A stretch of DNA of 64,000 nucleotides from Leucoraja ocellata (Eukaryota): positions 6,386,001 through 6,450,000 of the forward strand of contig JAWMAR010000053.1 in the NCBI GenBank assembly GCA_036785375.1. Direction: 5' to 3'. Both the position numbers and the translations under genes were made by a program. Numbering within the stretch: position 1 is the first letter of the stretch; the number at the start of each line of letters is the position of its first letter. The notes under the pieces were generated by a model. The model searched no databases, was not told the origin of the DNA, and saw only the letters and a program-made list of their open reading frames with translations. This document shows, one piece after another, positions 1 through 13,560 of the stretch.

Positions 1-364
1 ACTGTCGATGGTCATAAGACATTATCCTACATACTTTTTAAACTGTACTCTTTTGGTCTATGTAACGTGTACATTTGGGAAAAATGTAATTAATCTGTTA
101 ATGACAAGATACTTTTTCACAAGAACAAGTACCTTTATAATAAATTACTGTAATAAAACTTGAGGTGATCTGCGTCGGTGAAACCTTTTGAGATTGGCTT
201 AATTTAGTTAAGAAATTACAGCAATTTTTTGGGAAACAAAAGTGTTATGCTAATATTTTCTGTAATGACCTTATTCTAGTATTTGTTACAGTGTATTGAT
301 GCACGTGTCCGTGTTGCCTTCAAAAAATAAATTGCCGGCTAACCTTGTGTTGCTTGTGCTGCAG

Positions 365-575
365 GCCAACAGAACTGGATGCCCTGGTGTTTGGCCATTT
401 GTTCACAATCCTTACAACTCAGTTGACCAATGATGCACTTGGTGAAAAGGTGAAAAATTATGAAAACCTCATAAAGTTTTGTAGAAGAATTGAGCAGAAC
501 TACTTTGAAGAGCAAGATCGCGAAAGCTCTTTGAGTTCAGCATCTGGGTACCCAAGAGGTTCGTCCACAAAGTAA
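365..575 (+). CDS. mtx2: Metaxin-2, terminal coding exon (GST-like C-terminal domain)
   Basis: Acceptor ttgtgctgcag| ends at 364; encodes [48 protein letters not shown]..., matching the vertebrate MTX2 C-terminus; stop TAA 573-575; Mtx2 is the known HoxD neighbour. Confidence 0.95.
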
Positions 576-1488
576 TTTTTATTTTAAAAAATGAGTAAAT
601 TATTGGAAACAAAATATTGCATTGTTGCAAAACAACTGGAGAATATGCAACAAGCTGATGGTCAAATTTGGTATGGTTAGTACAATTACAGTCCATAACA
701 TTTTAAGTGAAGCACTAACATATATCTGATCTTATTGTCAGTATGATGAGCCATTTTCTTGTTTTTGAAATGAATATAAATGTTACATACAACATGTTGG
801 AGCTGTACTGACATCGAATATATTAAAGAATAATGCAGAAAATCTAATGGTCCTCCCATCTTTGTCTTTTTAAGTTGGATGTAAACATGGTGACTTCTGA
901 TCATTCCCAAAAGCACAAGGGAAAAAGCATTTTGCATTGCACATAGGGATATTGTGTTAGCAGTTACAGCCCCAACTGCAATCAGTTTCCTTTATAATTT
1001 AACAACTGTATCCAAAGAAGATAGTTGTTGTTACACATTGTTTAGTCCCTGTTTTATTTTACATTCAAAGGGTGTCTTTCTCCTGCAATTAGCAAGAGGA
1101 TCATCTCTTGGGAGCCATTTACTTGTCCAAATCCAGTCAGCAGTCATAGGTCCTGCTCATTTGATGGCTGCATTTGGTATTGGTCTTGCATTAGATATGG
1201 TTGGTCTGGATTAAAATCTGCTTAACCTAATTGCTTTTGAAAAGCTGCACAGTACAAATATTTTCAATGCAATTTTGGTGTCAATTAACTTACAAATGTA
1301 GTTGACCTTGAACTCAAAAACCACAATATTATTTAGTTTGACTGTAAATGATATTGGAGGTTGAACTATTAAGTACGAAGCTGAGACTTTTTATTGAAGC
1401 CTTCTTGACCAGTATTGGAGAAATGAATGTGAGTTACAGAGGCAGGGTATGGTTTGTGTGACTCTGGCACCAGTACTGTGGAAAGTAG

Positions 1489-1604
1489 AAACATAGAAAC
1501 ATAGAAAATAGGTGCAGGAGTAGGCCATTCGGCCCTTCGAGCCTGCACCGCCATTCAATATGATCATGGCTGATCATCCAACTCAGTATCCCATACCTGC
1601 CTTC
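1489..1604 (-). mobile_element. 5'-truncated CR1-type LINE 3' end
   Basis: (aaacatag)n tail and chondrichthyan CR1 3'UTR motif ggccattcggcccttcgagcc; 7-bp TSD AAAGTAG at 1482-1488 and 1605-1611. Confidence 0.75.
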
Positions 1605-2380
1605 AAAGTAGGAGTTGAATAACTAGGATAGTCCCAGCTGAACCACCCTCTAGGAATCCACATAACCAGAGATGGAGAAGAGTTTTAACAGAATTTTGTG
1701 ATGCAAATGTGGTTTGCATGAAGGCTAGAAACTAAAGCCAGAAGTCACGTGGGAGTGGTAACAGTAACCAAACGGTCGGGTGAAGTATAAACAAATAAAT
1801 AATGGGAGTCCGTGAGAAAAGTTCAGTGATTTTAGGTTACAGATAGACAGGAAAGAACGGATGGTCGAAGGTAGCCTAGATGAGAGTTCATAGATTTGTT
1901 TTAGATAGTTCCTTACAGCAGCATGTCGAATCTAACAGAGAGCCGGCCATACTGATCAGCTAATGTGTAGTAAGGTGGGATAGCAGTTAATAACCCCATG
2001 GTTAAAGTGCCTTGGGTAGCAGCGATCATAGTACAAATGTATTTTACATTCTATTTAAGGGAGAGAAGAATCCACCCAAGACTAGGTTTATCGTGAGATC
2101 ACAAAAGCAAATCACTAAAGAGAACTTGCAAATTAAGTTAAGGAAATGTGCAATTGAGGTGCAATGGCCAATATTTAAAGGGATCTTTTGGAATACACAA
2201 TAAAAGCATGCCAATGAGAAAACAAATTTGATATCCTTTGTTAATAATAAAGAAACAATAACAAAATATTTAGAAAAAAACAATTTTACATAAATAGGTC
2301 ACAGGTCAGAAACTTGTACAGAAAATGAACATGAACAATGAATGACTAAAGGATTAATAGGTATGGAAATAGCTGGGTAG

Positions 2381-4141
2381 CAATAATTTGAGACGTTTGC
2401 TTAACATAATGCACTCACATAAATCTCACGACCAAGAGTTATCTATCATCTCACTGGACGCAGAAAAAGCATTTGATCAAGTAGAATGGGATTATATGAT
2501 TAAAGTATTGCAAAAATTCCAATTGGGAGAGAACTTCATCGCATGGATAAAACTATTATATAACAAACGTACGGCTAGAATACTAACTAATAATATATTA
2601 TCCTCGAAATTTGAACTATCAAGGGGCAATAGACAAGGATGTTCATTATCACCGCTGTTATTTGCTTTGGTAATTGAACCCCTTGCTGAAAAAATAAGAA
2701 CACACCCGGATATTTATGGTTATAATACAAAATACTCAAATAATAAAATATCCCTATATGCCGATGATGTACTATTGTACATCACAAAACCACAAATTAG
2801 TATACCAAACATATTAAATTTAATTGAGGACTTTGGATCCTTCTCAGGATATAGAATAAATTGGAACAAAAGTGAAATTATGTTGATAAAACCAAAAGAC
2901 TCAACACACCTCCGGAAATTCCCCTTTAAAATAGCTACAGAAAAATTCAAATATTTGGGAATTGAAATTATTAGAAATTACCAGGATACGTTTAAAGCCA
3001 ATTATAATCCCTTACTCAAGAAATTAAATAATTTGATTAAATTCTGGAAAACATTTCCGATGTCCTTAATAGGCAGAATAAATGCTATAAAAATGATTTT
3101 CTTACCACAAATCCTATACCCATTTCAATCAATACCTATATAGCTCCCAAAAAAGTTTTTCAAAAAATTGGACTCAGACATTACAAATTTTATATGGGAT
3201 TATAAATCCCATAGAATACATATAGCACACCTTAATAAACGAAAAGAGTTGGGGGGTCTAGCGCTCCCTAATTTTATGTATTATAATTGGGCAGTAAATA
3301 TTAAAAATATGATTCACCTGCTGGACAATTCTGCCCAGCAGGCGGACTGGATGGTAAATGTCTGTGTCAAGAAGCTACCATAGCGCATTCTTTTGTTTTT
3401 TGTACAAAAATCCCCAAATTCTGGTATGAAATATTTGATATTTTTTCAAAATTAATCAAAATAAAACTGGTACCAAAACCAGAATGGATTATTTTTGGAA
3501 TATCGGAAGGTAACCCTGAACTAAACGTGTTTCAGAAGAATTTATTCAATTACGGGCTAATAATGGGAAAAAAGCTTATACTTAAATTCTGGAAAAATGC
3601 GCCCACACCAACAATAAAAATGTGGATATCAAATATGTTTGAAACATTACATCTGGAAGAGATGAGATTCCTCTTAGCAGGTAAAGCAGGCCAATTCCAA
3701 AAGACGTGGTCTATCTTTCTGGACCTATTACAAGCATGAGGTGCAATAGTAATTTTAAAAATAAATAAATAAATAAATGGTATCAGGAGCTGGTAACGGG
3801 AGGTAAAACAACAAAAACAGACTTGGTTGGTAGTCCCCTTTCTGCGGAGTTTAATGTTATAATAGAGCGATTGTTCCTACTTTCTTTTTCTTTCTTTTCT
3901 GGGGTCTACTTTCTTACTTTACTTCCTTCTCTAACTTCTTTTCTAAGGGACTTTCTTTTCCCAACACTCTTGCACTTCACGACTCTTGCGCACTTTCTTT
4001 ACTTTCCTTATCTTTTTATCTTTCTATCTTTTTCTTAAAGCTCAAAAAAAATGAAGCGGTACAAAAAATGTATTAAGATATATGTGCTGTGTAGTATTGT
4101 AATTTACCGTACTTCTAATAAAAATAATTAAAAAAAAAAAA
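2381..4141 (+). mobile_element. 5'-truncated L1-clade LINE (ORF2 RT remnant, 3'UTR, poly-A)
   Basis: ORF 2388-3143 has SLDAEKAFD, RQGCSLSPLLF, LYADD, KYLGI motifs; in-frame TAG at 3141-3143; Cys/His knuckle remnant KCLCQEATIAHSFVFC at about 3356-3407; AATAAA plus A-tail at about 4116-4141; perfect 15-bp TSD GAAATAGCTGGGTAG at 2366-2380 and 4142-4156. Confidence 0.93.
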
Positions 4142-4602
4142 GAAATAGCTGGGTAGAAATATTAGACTGATGGTAAAAGTCTCCATAAATCTTTCAATGT
4201 GAGCATTAATCCTATAGAAAGCAAATATGAAAAATACACTGAAGACGGGTGAATTAAATATTTGCATCAGTCTTCACCACGAAGAGTAAGTAAAACCCCA
4301 GAAATACCTTTAGTCAGGAATTGCAAGGGAGCGATTAACTGGAAAATTACAATGGCAAGAGATACAGCCCTGAGCAAATTATTGGAGCTTTGGGGCTTAC
4401 AAGTCCCTAATGAATACTTAGATTTGCAGAAGGCATTTGATAGCATGCTGCATCAAAGATTATTGCGGTAATAAAAGCTCGTAGTGGAGAAGGCAACGTG
4501 GATCGAAGACTGGCTGCCTGACAGGAAACAGCATAAATGGATCTTGGCTGGTAAGATATAGCACGTGCTAGGCGACAAGAATTGGTGATGCAACATTTTG
4601 TT

Positions 4603-4965
4603 TTATAGTATAGTATAGTATATCTTTATTGTCATTTTCCTGAGTACTCACATACCCAGAGGAAACAAAAAAAACGTTGCTCAACCAGTGTCCATTCAGT
4701 GTGCAGTAAAAAATAAATAGAAATTAAAATACATATATCATGAACCAATTAAACACTCTACTCTCTACTAAACATCAACAGGCGTTCCGATCGGCAGCGG
4801 CACGACAGTGGCTCTGCTGCAGTGTGTCCAGGTTGGTGGTTGGTGCGCGATACTTTGGCAGGGGGCAAAGCCCGTTTCTCTTATAGCCTGCGAGAAGAAG
4901 CTGAGGAGCATCCTGCTGGTTTTGCAGCTAATGCTCCTGTACCTCTTCCCAGATGGCAGGATGGC
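4603..4965 (-). mobile_element. Rex1/Babar-like LINE 3' fragment
   Basis: Reverse strand encodes LPSGKRYRSI motif at about 4930-4960; short tandem (tatag)n tail at about 4605-4622. Confidence 0.6.
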
Positions 4966-6298
4966 AAATAACTTATATTAAAAACAGGGCTGAAGGCACC
5001 AAAGGTATGGTTGCTAAATTTGCAGCTGAGAAATGAATAGGTGGAAAAGTAGGTTGAGAATAGGATATAAGAAAGATAGCGGGATACTGATTAATTAAAC
5101 GAGTGGAAAAAGATTGGCAAATGGATTGTAATGTGGGAAATACATAATTGTCCATTTTCAAAGGAAAAGGAAAAAGGAAACATTCCAGAGGTTTAAGACG
5201 CAATGATCTTGGCATCCTTGTTCAGGATTCCAAAAAATTAGTATGCAGGTAAGTAGGCGATTAGGAAACATAACAGAATGTTGTTTATTGTTTGAGATAT
5301 TGAATTCAAAAGTAGGTGATACTGTAGTTACATCGGACATTCTGGTGACCACATCAGGAGCACTATTTGTATCACTCTTCAATAACTTTCAATGTCGAGG
5401 CCCCCATTGCCTCATCTTTACTATGGTGGACTTCCAGTCTATATACACCTCCAACCCCCACCCAGAAGGTCTCAAGGACCTCCAGTTCTTCCTTGAACCA
5501 GCCCTTCCTTGCTTCCTTGACCCAATCAGTTTCCCTCTACTTACATTCTCCTTGCCTAATGGAACTAGTTCTCATCCTCAATAACTTCTCTTTTGACTCT
5601 TCTCATTTCTTTCAAGTTAAAGGTGAAGCCAGGGGTACTCGCATGGGCCCCGGCTACGCCTGCCTCTTTGTTGGTTATATTCTTGTTCCATATTCTTGTT
5701 GGATGCCATCTCCCAACTCTTTTTCCACTACATCGATGACTGGCCTAACCCTTGAACTGGTTGATTTCATTATCGTTTCGTTCGTTCAGACCGAAAGGTC
5801 TGAATGACAAATAAAGGATCTAAGTCTAAGTCTAAGTCACTAACTTTCACCCTGGTGTCAAATTCACTTGGACTATCTCTGATACCTCTCTCCCCTTTGT
5901 GAATCCATCACAGGGGAGAGACTATCGACTGACGTCTACTCGAAACCCGCCAACTCCCACGGTTACCTGGATCACAACTTCACCCACCCTGCAGATAGAC
6001 GCATAATGCTGGAGTAACTCAGTGGGACAGGCAGCATCTCTGGAGAGAAAGAATGGATGACGTTTTAGGTCGAGACCCTTCCTCAGACTGACGTCGGGAG
6101 AGGGAGATACATAGATAAGAAATGTGAAGGTGTGAAAACAGGACAAAGGGAATGGAGATCAAGGAATATTTAGAATAGATCATTGTTAGCTGGGAGAAAG
6201 GAATAACAAAGCAAACAGATGAAATGTAGTCGGAGACAGTAAGACTGGTCGGGGAACTGGGAAGGGGGAGGGATGGAGAGAGAGGGAAAGCAAGGGAT

Positions 6299-6682
6299 AA
6301 GGGCCTGTCCCACTTGGCCATCATTTGCGCCTCATTTACACGTCATGTAAAATAGGTCGACGCGTGGGTGACGCACGCATTGCGCATGGTGAGGTGTGGA
6401 ATCGCATGCGGTGGCGTGCTGTATCATTGACGCATTGATGTTGCACGCTGCGTCCTGATGTCTCACGTGTATCGCGTGGTAACGCATGGTTACGTCACCA
6501 TGCGTCGACGTCCGTAACCATGCGTTGCCGCGCACCATAGGGTATTCTAATGACGTCACGCACACCAGACGGCTGTGATGTCGCGTGATTTGCATGCGAC
6601 GTCACGTATCACGACGCGTCAACCTATTTTACATATGACGCGTGAATGAGGCGCAAATGACGGCCAAGTGGGACAGGCCCTT
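6299..6682. mobile_element. Non-autonomous DNA transposon (MITE, probably PIF/Harbinger-like)
   Basis: About 65-bp TIRs AAGGGCCTGTCCCACTTGGCC... / ...GGCCAAGTGGGACAGGCCCTT; CpG-rich quasi-palindromic interior; inserted within Penelope sequence. Confidence 0.8.
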
Positions 6683-7106
6683 TCCTTGAAGTTAGAGGAG
6701 TCAATGTTCTTACCTCTGGCATGTAAGCTGCCCAATCGAAATATGAGGTGCGGTTGCTCCAATTTGCGCTGGGCCTCACTCTGACAATGGAGGAGGCCCA
6801 GGACAGAAAGGTCAGTGTAGGAATGGGTGGGGGAGATAAAGTATTTACCAACTGGCAGATCAGGTAGGTTTAGGCGGACTAAGCGGAGATGTTAAGCGAA
6901 ACGATCGCCGATCCTGCGTTTGGTCTCGCCGATATATAGGAGTCCATACCTGGAACAGCGGACATCAGATGGGGTTGGAGGAGGTGTAAGTGAACCTGTC
7001 GCACCTGAAAAGGCTGTTGAGGTCCTTGGATTGAGTTGAGGGGGGTGGGGGGGATAGGTATCTTGGGGGGCAGCTTGGCCGGCATAGACAGGTGGGGGGG
7101 ATAGGG

Positions 7107-7314
7107 GAATGCTGGAATACCAGGGACTAACTCTACTGAACGTTTTTCCTTGCATTATTTATTATGTAAAAGAATATGTGTGTTATGATTGTGTTTATAA
7201 TTTGTTTGGTTGTTTTGTTGTTTGTCTTTTGCACAAACGTCCGCGAGCATTGCCACTTTCATTTCACTGCACATCTCGTATGTGTATGTGACAAATAAAC
7301 TTGACTTGACTTGT
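7107..7314 (+). mobile_element. Short retroposon 3' end (Rex1-like tail)
   Basis: Ends gacaaataaa(cttga)n; candidate 6-bp TSD ATAGGG at 7101-7106 and 7315-7320. Confidence 0.5.
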
Positions 7315-7559
7315 ATAGGGACCGGTGTTGCATCTCCTGCGGTTGCAGGGGAAAATACCTGGGCAGGGGATGGTTTGGGTGGGAAGGGACGAGTTGACCA
7401 GGGAGTTGCAGAGGGAACGGTCTCTGTGGAAAGCAGAAAGGGGTGGAGATGGGACGATGTGGCTAGTAGTGGGATCCTGTTGGACGTGACGAAAATGTCA
7501 GAGGATTATGTGCTGTATGCGATATACATTGTATGTATTATAAAATCTATATTTTTAAT

Positions 7560-8110
7560 AGTGAACTATTGTGTTCAGTTTTGTTCATGTTATAGGAATG
7601 ATGTTGTCACGCTGGGACGGGTGCAGAGAAAATTTACAAGGATGTTACCAGGACTCGATAGCCTGGACAACAGGGAGAGATTGAGCAGGCCATGACTTTA
7701 TTCATTGCAGTGTAGGAGGATGAGGGGTGTTCTTATATACAAAATCATGAGAGGAATAAATTGGCTAAATGAACAAAATATTTTGCCCACAGTACGTTGA
7801 ATCAAGAACAAAAGGCCATACGGGAGGGTGGGGGGGGGGGGGGCAGAAGATTTAATTGGAACCTGAGTTCACTGTTTTACTAAAAGGGTGATGGGTGTAT
7901 GGAATGAGCTGACTGAAGAAATAGTTGAATCGGGTACTATCACAACATTTAAAAAGCATTTAGACAAGTATATTGATAGGGTAGGTTTAGAGGGATATGG
8001 GCCAAACGCAGGCAGGTGAGGCTAATGTAGATGGGGCATGTTGTTTCAGCATGGGCAAGTTGGGTTGAAGGACCTTTTTTCATTCTGTAAGACCCTATAA
8101 CTCTATGACA
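7560..8110 (+). mobile_element. CR1-type LINE 3' fragment
   Basis: YCVQF...RVQRKFTRMLPGL...RERL motif and CR1 3'UTR. Confidence 0.8.
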
Positions 8111-8464
8111 TAGAATACCTGGGGGAAAAATGCATGTTCAGATCTTTTTGGGTTAAATGAGACAAACTATTTACAAGCTGGAATACAATTCCAGTCCATT
8201 GTGAAACTTTGTGTAGAAACTGCTCAGGTGATGTACTGAATCCATTATGCACGTTGTGTCTCGGAGCAGTAATATTGTACAATTGTATCCGACACTTAAT
8301 GAAGCATCATTCAAATGCAGCACGTTTAAACAAAATATATGATTGCCATGTGTTGAAAGTCTAATTACTTATCAATACAGATTTTCAGAGAAGAATATTT
8401 TTAAAAACATTAACATTTCAATGAACGTTGTCTTAAACTTGGAGCATTTTCCAAAACCACTCGG

Positions 8465-8900
8465 TCATGAGGATGTTGTCAGGACTTGAGGATCTGAGCT
8501 ATAGGGAGAGATTGGGTAGGCGAGGAATGTATTTCTTGGTGCATAGGAGGATGAGAGGTACATCTTACAGAGGTGTATGATATCATGAGAGGGATAAATA
8601 GGGTAGATGCACAGAGTGTTTTACCCAGAGTAGGGGAAACAAGGACATAGTTTTAAGGTGAAAAGGGAAAGATTTAATAGGAATCTGAGGGGACAACGTT
8701 TTCATACAGACGGTGGTGGGTATATGGAATGAACTGCCGGAGGAGGTAGTTGAGGCAGAAACTATAACAAGATTTAAAAGACATTTGGACAGGTACAATG
8801 ATAGTAAATGTTTAAAGGGATATGCGGGCAGATGGGGCAGCTTGGCTGGCATGGACAGGCTGGGCCAAAGGGCCGTTTCCGTGCTGTATGACTATGACTA
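8465..8900 (+). mobile_element. CR1-type LINE 3' fragment
   Basis: VVGIWNELPEEVVEAETITRFKRHLDRY motif; (ctatga)n tail. Confidence 0.85.
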
Positions 8901-11900
8901 AAACATTCAATCATTTCTCGTCACTGACTGTTTTGTACTATGAACTGTAAACTCCAGCACATTTTTTTAATTGAAATCTTCCTCTTTAGTATTTAATTTT
9001 TTTCATTTTGTGGTCAGAAATTCTATTGATTATAATAATAATGTGTAAAACTAAATTTTGTTGCAATACTATTTGTAGTATGGGGGTTATTGGATTATGT
9101 GCTTCATTTAATCTTACATGATATTAAAAGTTATTATAAAACCATTTCAGTTGTGTATAAAAGATTGAAGTTAGATGTTTTACACAAAATCGAAACCTCT
9201 GTTTTAGTATTAAACAGATGCAATGATTTGAAAAACAAATTACTATTTTGAAAATGATGGACTATTTCTTCTCCACTTTAGATATAGCCAAAGAATTCAT
9301 ATTCTAGTTTCATTGCAGCCTTTCTAAAGTCTACCAATATATTGAAATGATAAATTAATAGTACAAATTAATAAAGAATATTGTTTTTGTAATATGACAA
9401 AATATTAATTTTACATGCAGCATAATTAGCCTATATTAAATGGTATTGCCTGCATATTTTGCATAGTCCACATCTAGCACTAACCAATAAGCAAATGTTG
9501 CAAATTGTGCCTCAAATGCTTAAGTAGTAAAAAAAAATACAGCTCAAAGGCCAAGAATTAAGCAAACAATAACACATTTTGGATTAATATAATTTAATAC
9601 CAAATTACTTGCAAGGAATGTAAAGGTTTATATTAAAAGCATCCAGACATCTTTGATCCATAGGAATTAATTCCTTAGATCATGACATGTTATCCTAAAG
9701 AATGCTGCACAATAAAGATAGCTAGACTGATATATCAGTGCAGATGTCCCCTGATCAAAGCTCGTGACTAGAACAAGGCATAATTGATAACAGTGGTTAT
9801 TATTAGTACAGCCATTTTATGTGCAATGTTGCCCCTGTGTTTGAGAGTAATTTAGTGAATTTCAACCAAAGAGAAAAATCAACCCCAGTGCAAACTTATT
9901 TTTGACCAATTGCTTGAGATATACAATTAGGGCCTGAAAGAAAGGGGATGTTCGAATGATGGCGCTTGTGATGTGTCTCTAATGATGCCTCTTAGGATCA
10001 GCTGGGCTTCTAGTGTGCACTTCATTTCCTGCAGCAGCTTTTACATGCAAGACCACAGCTCCCATGGCTCTCTCAACAATTATCACCCACTTGTTCTGCA
10101 GGTTTTGGTTTTTACATTAGTCTGGTTTTGAAATTCACTGTATTAATCACGGCTGAAGTTGTTATTTATCACCTGCTGGGTGAGAAATAATAATTTTGAC
10201 ACTAGTGGGGCAGCAGGCCAGAGGTAAGGAATTAAGTAAAACATCTAAACACGAGCAAGGATCATTTCTTTGATTAATGATTCACTACAGAGAAAAACTG
10301 CTGCTCATTATCTGGTCTTACAAATCCAAACTGGGTTATGAGTTTGAAGAATTGTTTCTGTTGTTCCCTCCAGACAGTGACAGTTGCTTTCTGTAGAAGT
10401 TGGGTGTTTTTTGAAAAGAGAAATCCACAAATGTAATGTATGGGTACTAATAGTCCAGCAGACACATTGTTTTAGTTAGCCAGCAGCAGAGGTTTGTTCA
10501 AAAATCTATATACCGAAATTACAACAGAATACCACCTCCTCACTGAATGTCAGAAGCCATCTTAGTGCGAATACTTCACCCATGTTGGAGCACAGCTCCT
10601 GGAACTGATGAGGTGAAGAGTGTTGCACCACAGCCCTGAGTTGGTAATCACAGAACTGAAGAAACACATACATCATCTGCCACATAGGTTGGCGTTTAAA
10701 GTGAAAAACCTTCAGAACATGTGCAGTCTCGGACAAATGACAGCCCCTCGTACGTTCATCCTTGTACAGATTGCTCAGCACCCAACTCCGGGAAAAGGCT
10801 GAGTTCAGCTTTTTTTTTTATTTCGTGGTGTTCCACTGGCAAGCGGTGTATGTCTGCTGGGTTGAAATGGGAAAAAGTGACACAAATAATTTGTAAATGG
10901 TTTGAGTTTTACAGGGCATCATTCACACGATAAGTATCAAAATGGCACTGACAGTGCCACTGCAGTTTGCAATTATTTGGTAATGCCCTCAATTATACCA
11001 CTGGCAGATTTTACCTCCATCTGTGCTTACTTTCCAGGCTTTTACCATAATAAGTAAACACGGCCAGAGGTAGCTGAGACACTGCTTGAAGTAAGTGTTA
11101 AGGAAAATGTAATGGTGTTACCCCCTAATACATGACAGAGAGGGATAAAGAAGCTAATAACAAAAATGTTGGTTGTAGAACCAGAATAAAAATATAATTG
11201 ATAAGTTAGTTGAGGCCCAGCCATTTATCTTCACCAATCACCTAAAGGCTAAAGATTGAACGATGTTACAGCAACATCGGAAAGATGTCAATTAAAAAAA
11301 AATCTGATTTCAGTGTTATCACATTTTTTAACAAATTATAGGAAGTTATAATCTGCTCAGCTGGGCACAAAAATTATGAATCAATAACATGTATTTATCG
11401 GGTTTTTGTTCATCTAATGTACAATATTTTACTGAGAAGAATCTATCAATCTATTATTGGAAATTATTAACAGCAGAGCTATGCTGAAAATATACAAAAT
11501 ATTCAAAAGATAGTAACATTGAGCTTGTTTGCAGCAGTATTTTAATTTTGCCTCAGCTGGAGTTCCATCTCTAACAATTGTACTTGGATGTCACAAAAAA
11601 ATCTTTGTGTCTTTGGAACTAAAAATGGCAACTGTTTCAGTAAACATTCTGCGGTCCTGTCTTTAGAGATGTGATGATATGAAAGATGTAGGCAAGGACT
11701 GGGTCTGCCAGATCTGTTGGCAAATGTCAAAACCAGTTGTCCACCACATCTGTTCACGTCTCTGTCTTGGGCCTAAGGGAATGGAAGTGAGGGTCATACA
11801 TTGAAACGCGAAGGTGGGGAGAGAGGGATGGTTTCAATAATTGCCAGAGCATCATAGAAAGAGATGTTTTTTTCAATAAATCAAGAATGCATACACAAGG

Positions 11901-11949
11901 ATACAGACAAGAACAACACTTGTGACCAGGGAGCATTTCAGAATCAAAA

Positions 11950-12365
11950 TTTGAGTTTGACTTTAGTTTATTGTCACGTTTAGCGAGGTACAGTGAAAAG
12001 CTTTTGTTACAGGCTAATCAATCAACGGAAAAACAACACATGATTACAATCGAGCTATCCACAGTGTACAAATACATGATTTAGGGAATTATGTGAATAA
12101 TCCTTAGTGCAAGATAAAGTCTGATTAAAAATATTTTGAGGCTCTCCAATGAGGTAGATAGTTAGCTCCGGACTGTTCTTTAGTTGTTGGTAAGATGATT
12201 AATTTGCCTGATAACAGCTGGGAAGAAACTATCCCTGAATCTGGATGTGTGCATTTTCACACTTCTATACTTCTTGCCTGATGGGAGAAGGGAGAAGAGG
12301 AATGGCTGGGGTGAGACTCATCCTCGATTATGCTGGTGGCCTTGCCAAGGCAGCATGAAGTTTAA
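11950..12365 (-). mobile_element. Rex1-like LINE 3' fragment
   Basis: Reverse strand PLLPSGKKYRS motif (cttcttgcctgatgggagaagg) plus tail; similar copies at about 20215-20480 and 27910-28070. Confidence 0.65.
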
Positions 12366-12384
12366 GGAAAACACCCACAGCCCC

Positions 12385-13560
12385 TCTAATCCAGCCTTGT
12401 AGCTTCAATTGTCATGCAACAAACAATCCTTGTTAATCTTTTCTGGGCCTTCTCAAATGCCTTCAAATCTTTCCTATCATGAGGCAACCAGAACTGAACG
12501 CAACCACTTTGGACCAAGGTTTTATAAAGTTTCAGCATGACTTCCCTGTTTTTATACATTATGCCTAGATTGAAAAAGCCCAATGTTAGGTGCCTTAATG
12601 GCCACTTTCTCAACCTCCACTGCCACTTTTGATGTGCGCACATACCCCAGAGAGACGGTTTAGAACAGTTTTCCTTATATTGACTCTCCTTATTCTTCCA
12701 TCTACAGTACATCACCTCACATTTCTCATCATTAAACCTCTGTCATGTGTCTGCCTATTCTACTAGCCTGATTAGATCCTGTTGCAATTTAACCCTGTAC
12801 TTTTTACAGTTCATCGTCCTGCCAAGTTTTATGTCATTTGTAAATTTAGAAATTATGTCTTGCACCCTCAAGTCCACGTTATTGATATAGGTTTGAAAGA
12901 AACTACAGTAATCCCTGGGGATGACAATATTCATCTCCCTCCAATTCAAAAAATAGCCATTCCACAATAACACTCCATTGTTTTACTTTACTAACATTGT
13001 ATTCATACTTCCAATGTCCTTTTTATACGGCATGCTTCCACTTTGTTGAATAGCCTGTTCTCTGTCGTTTTTATCAGAAGTCTTGTGAGAGCCCACATGT
13101 GCATTAATTGCATTAACTTATCCATTACCTCATCAAAACATTCTATCAATCTGGTGAGGCATGATTCACCCTGAACAAATCCTTGCAGGCTTGCCTTAAT
13201 GAATCCATTAATAGTCACCAGGCAGCTATTAATATTTTTTCTGGATCAATGTTTCTAAAAGCTTTCCTAACCACTTTCAAACTGACTGGCCTGTCTACTG
13301 GGTTTATTCTTACTCGCTTTTTTTTCATCAAACATTTGCTATTATCTGTTGCTCTGGCACCACCTCCATATTCCAAGAGCGTGGAAAGATTATAATCAGT
13401 GCTCTTGTGACTTCCTTTTATACATATCTCAGAATCGAGATGTGCGTCTCACCTGGACTTGGGGACCTACCTAATTTCAGTCTAGCCAACATCAAATGTC
13501 TCTGCGCTGTTAATTATTAACGTGCGGTGTCTTTACTATCTCCTGCTTCACTATTACTTT
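12385..13560 (-). mobile_element. Decayed CR1-like LINE RT region
   Basis: Frameshifted pieces QGFVQGESCLTRLIECF, ISKFTNDIKLG, LKLYKTLV...CVQFWLPH...LEKAQKRLTR-like. Confidence 0.8.

Larger units (their letters stand above)
1950..5340 (+). mobile_element. Old decayed CR1-like LINE (host of nested L1 and Rex1-like insertions)
   Basis: Degenerate RT-like fragments such as YLDLQKAFDSMLHQRLL at about 4415-4465 and LGSSDH at about 2012; interrupted at 2381-4141 and about 4603-4965. Confidence 0.65.
5372..7520. mobile_element. Penelope-like retroelement remnants (RT on +, GIY-YIG endonuclease on -)
   Basis: + strand QSIYTSNPHPEGL and LMELVLILNNFSFDSSHFFQVKGEARGTRMGPGYACLF (Penelope RT); - strand CSRYGLLYIGETKRRIGDRFA (GIY-YIG) at about 6892-6960; inverted pieces typical of Penelope. 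Confidence 0.8.

Noticed and set aside
10274-11936. Several 60-90 aa minus-strand ORFs suggesting a hidden gene
   Set aside because: No recognisable domain, no consistent splice structure, lengths expected by chance
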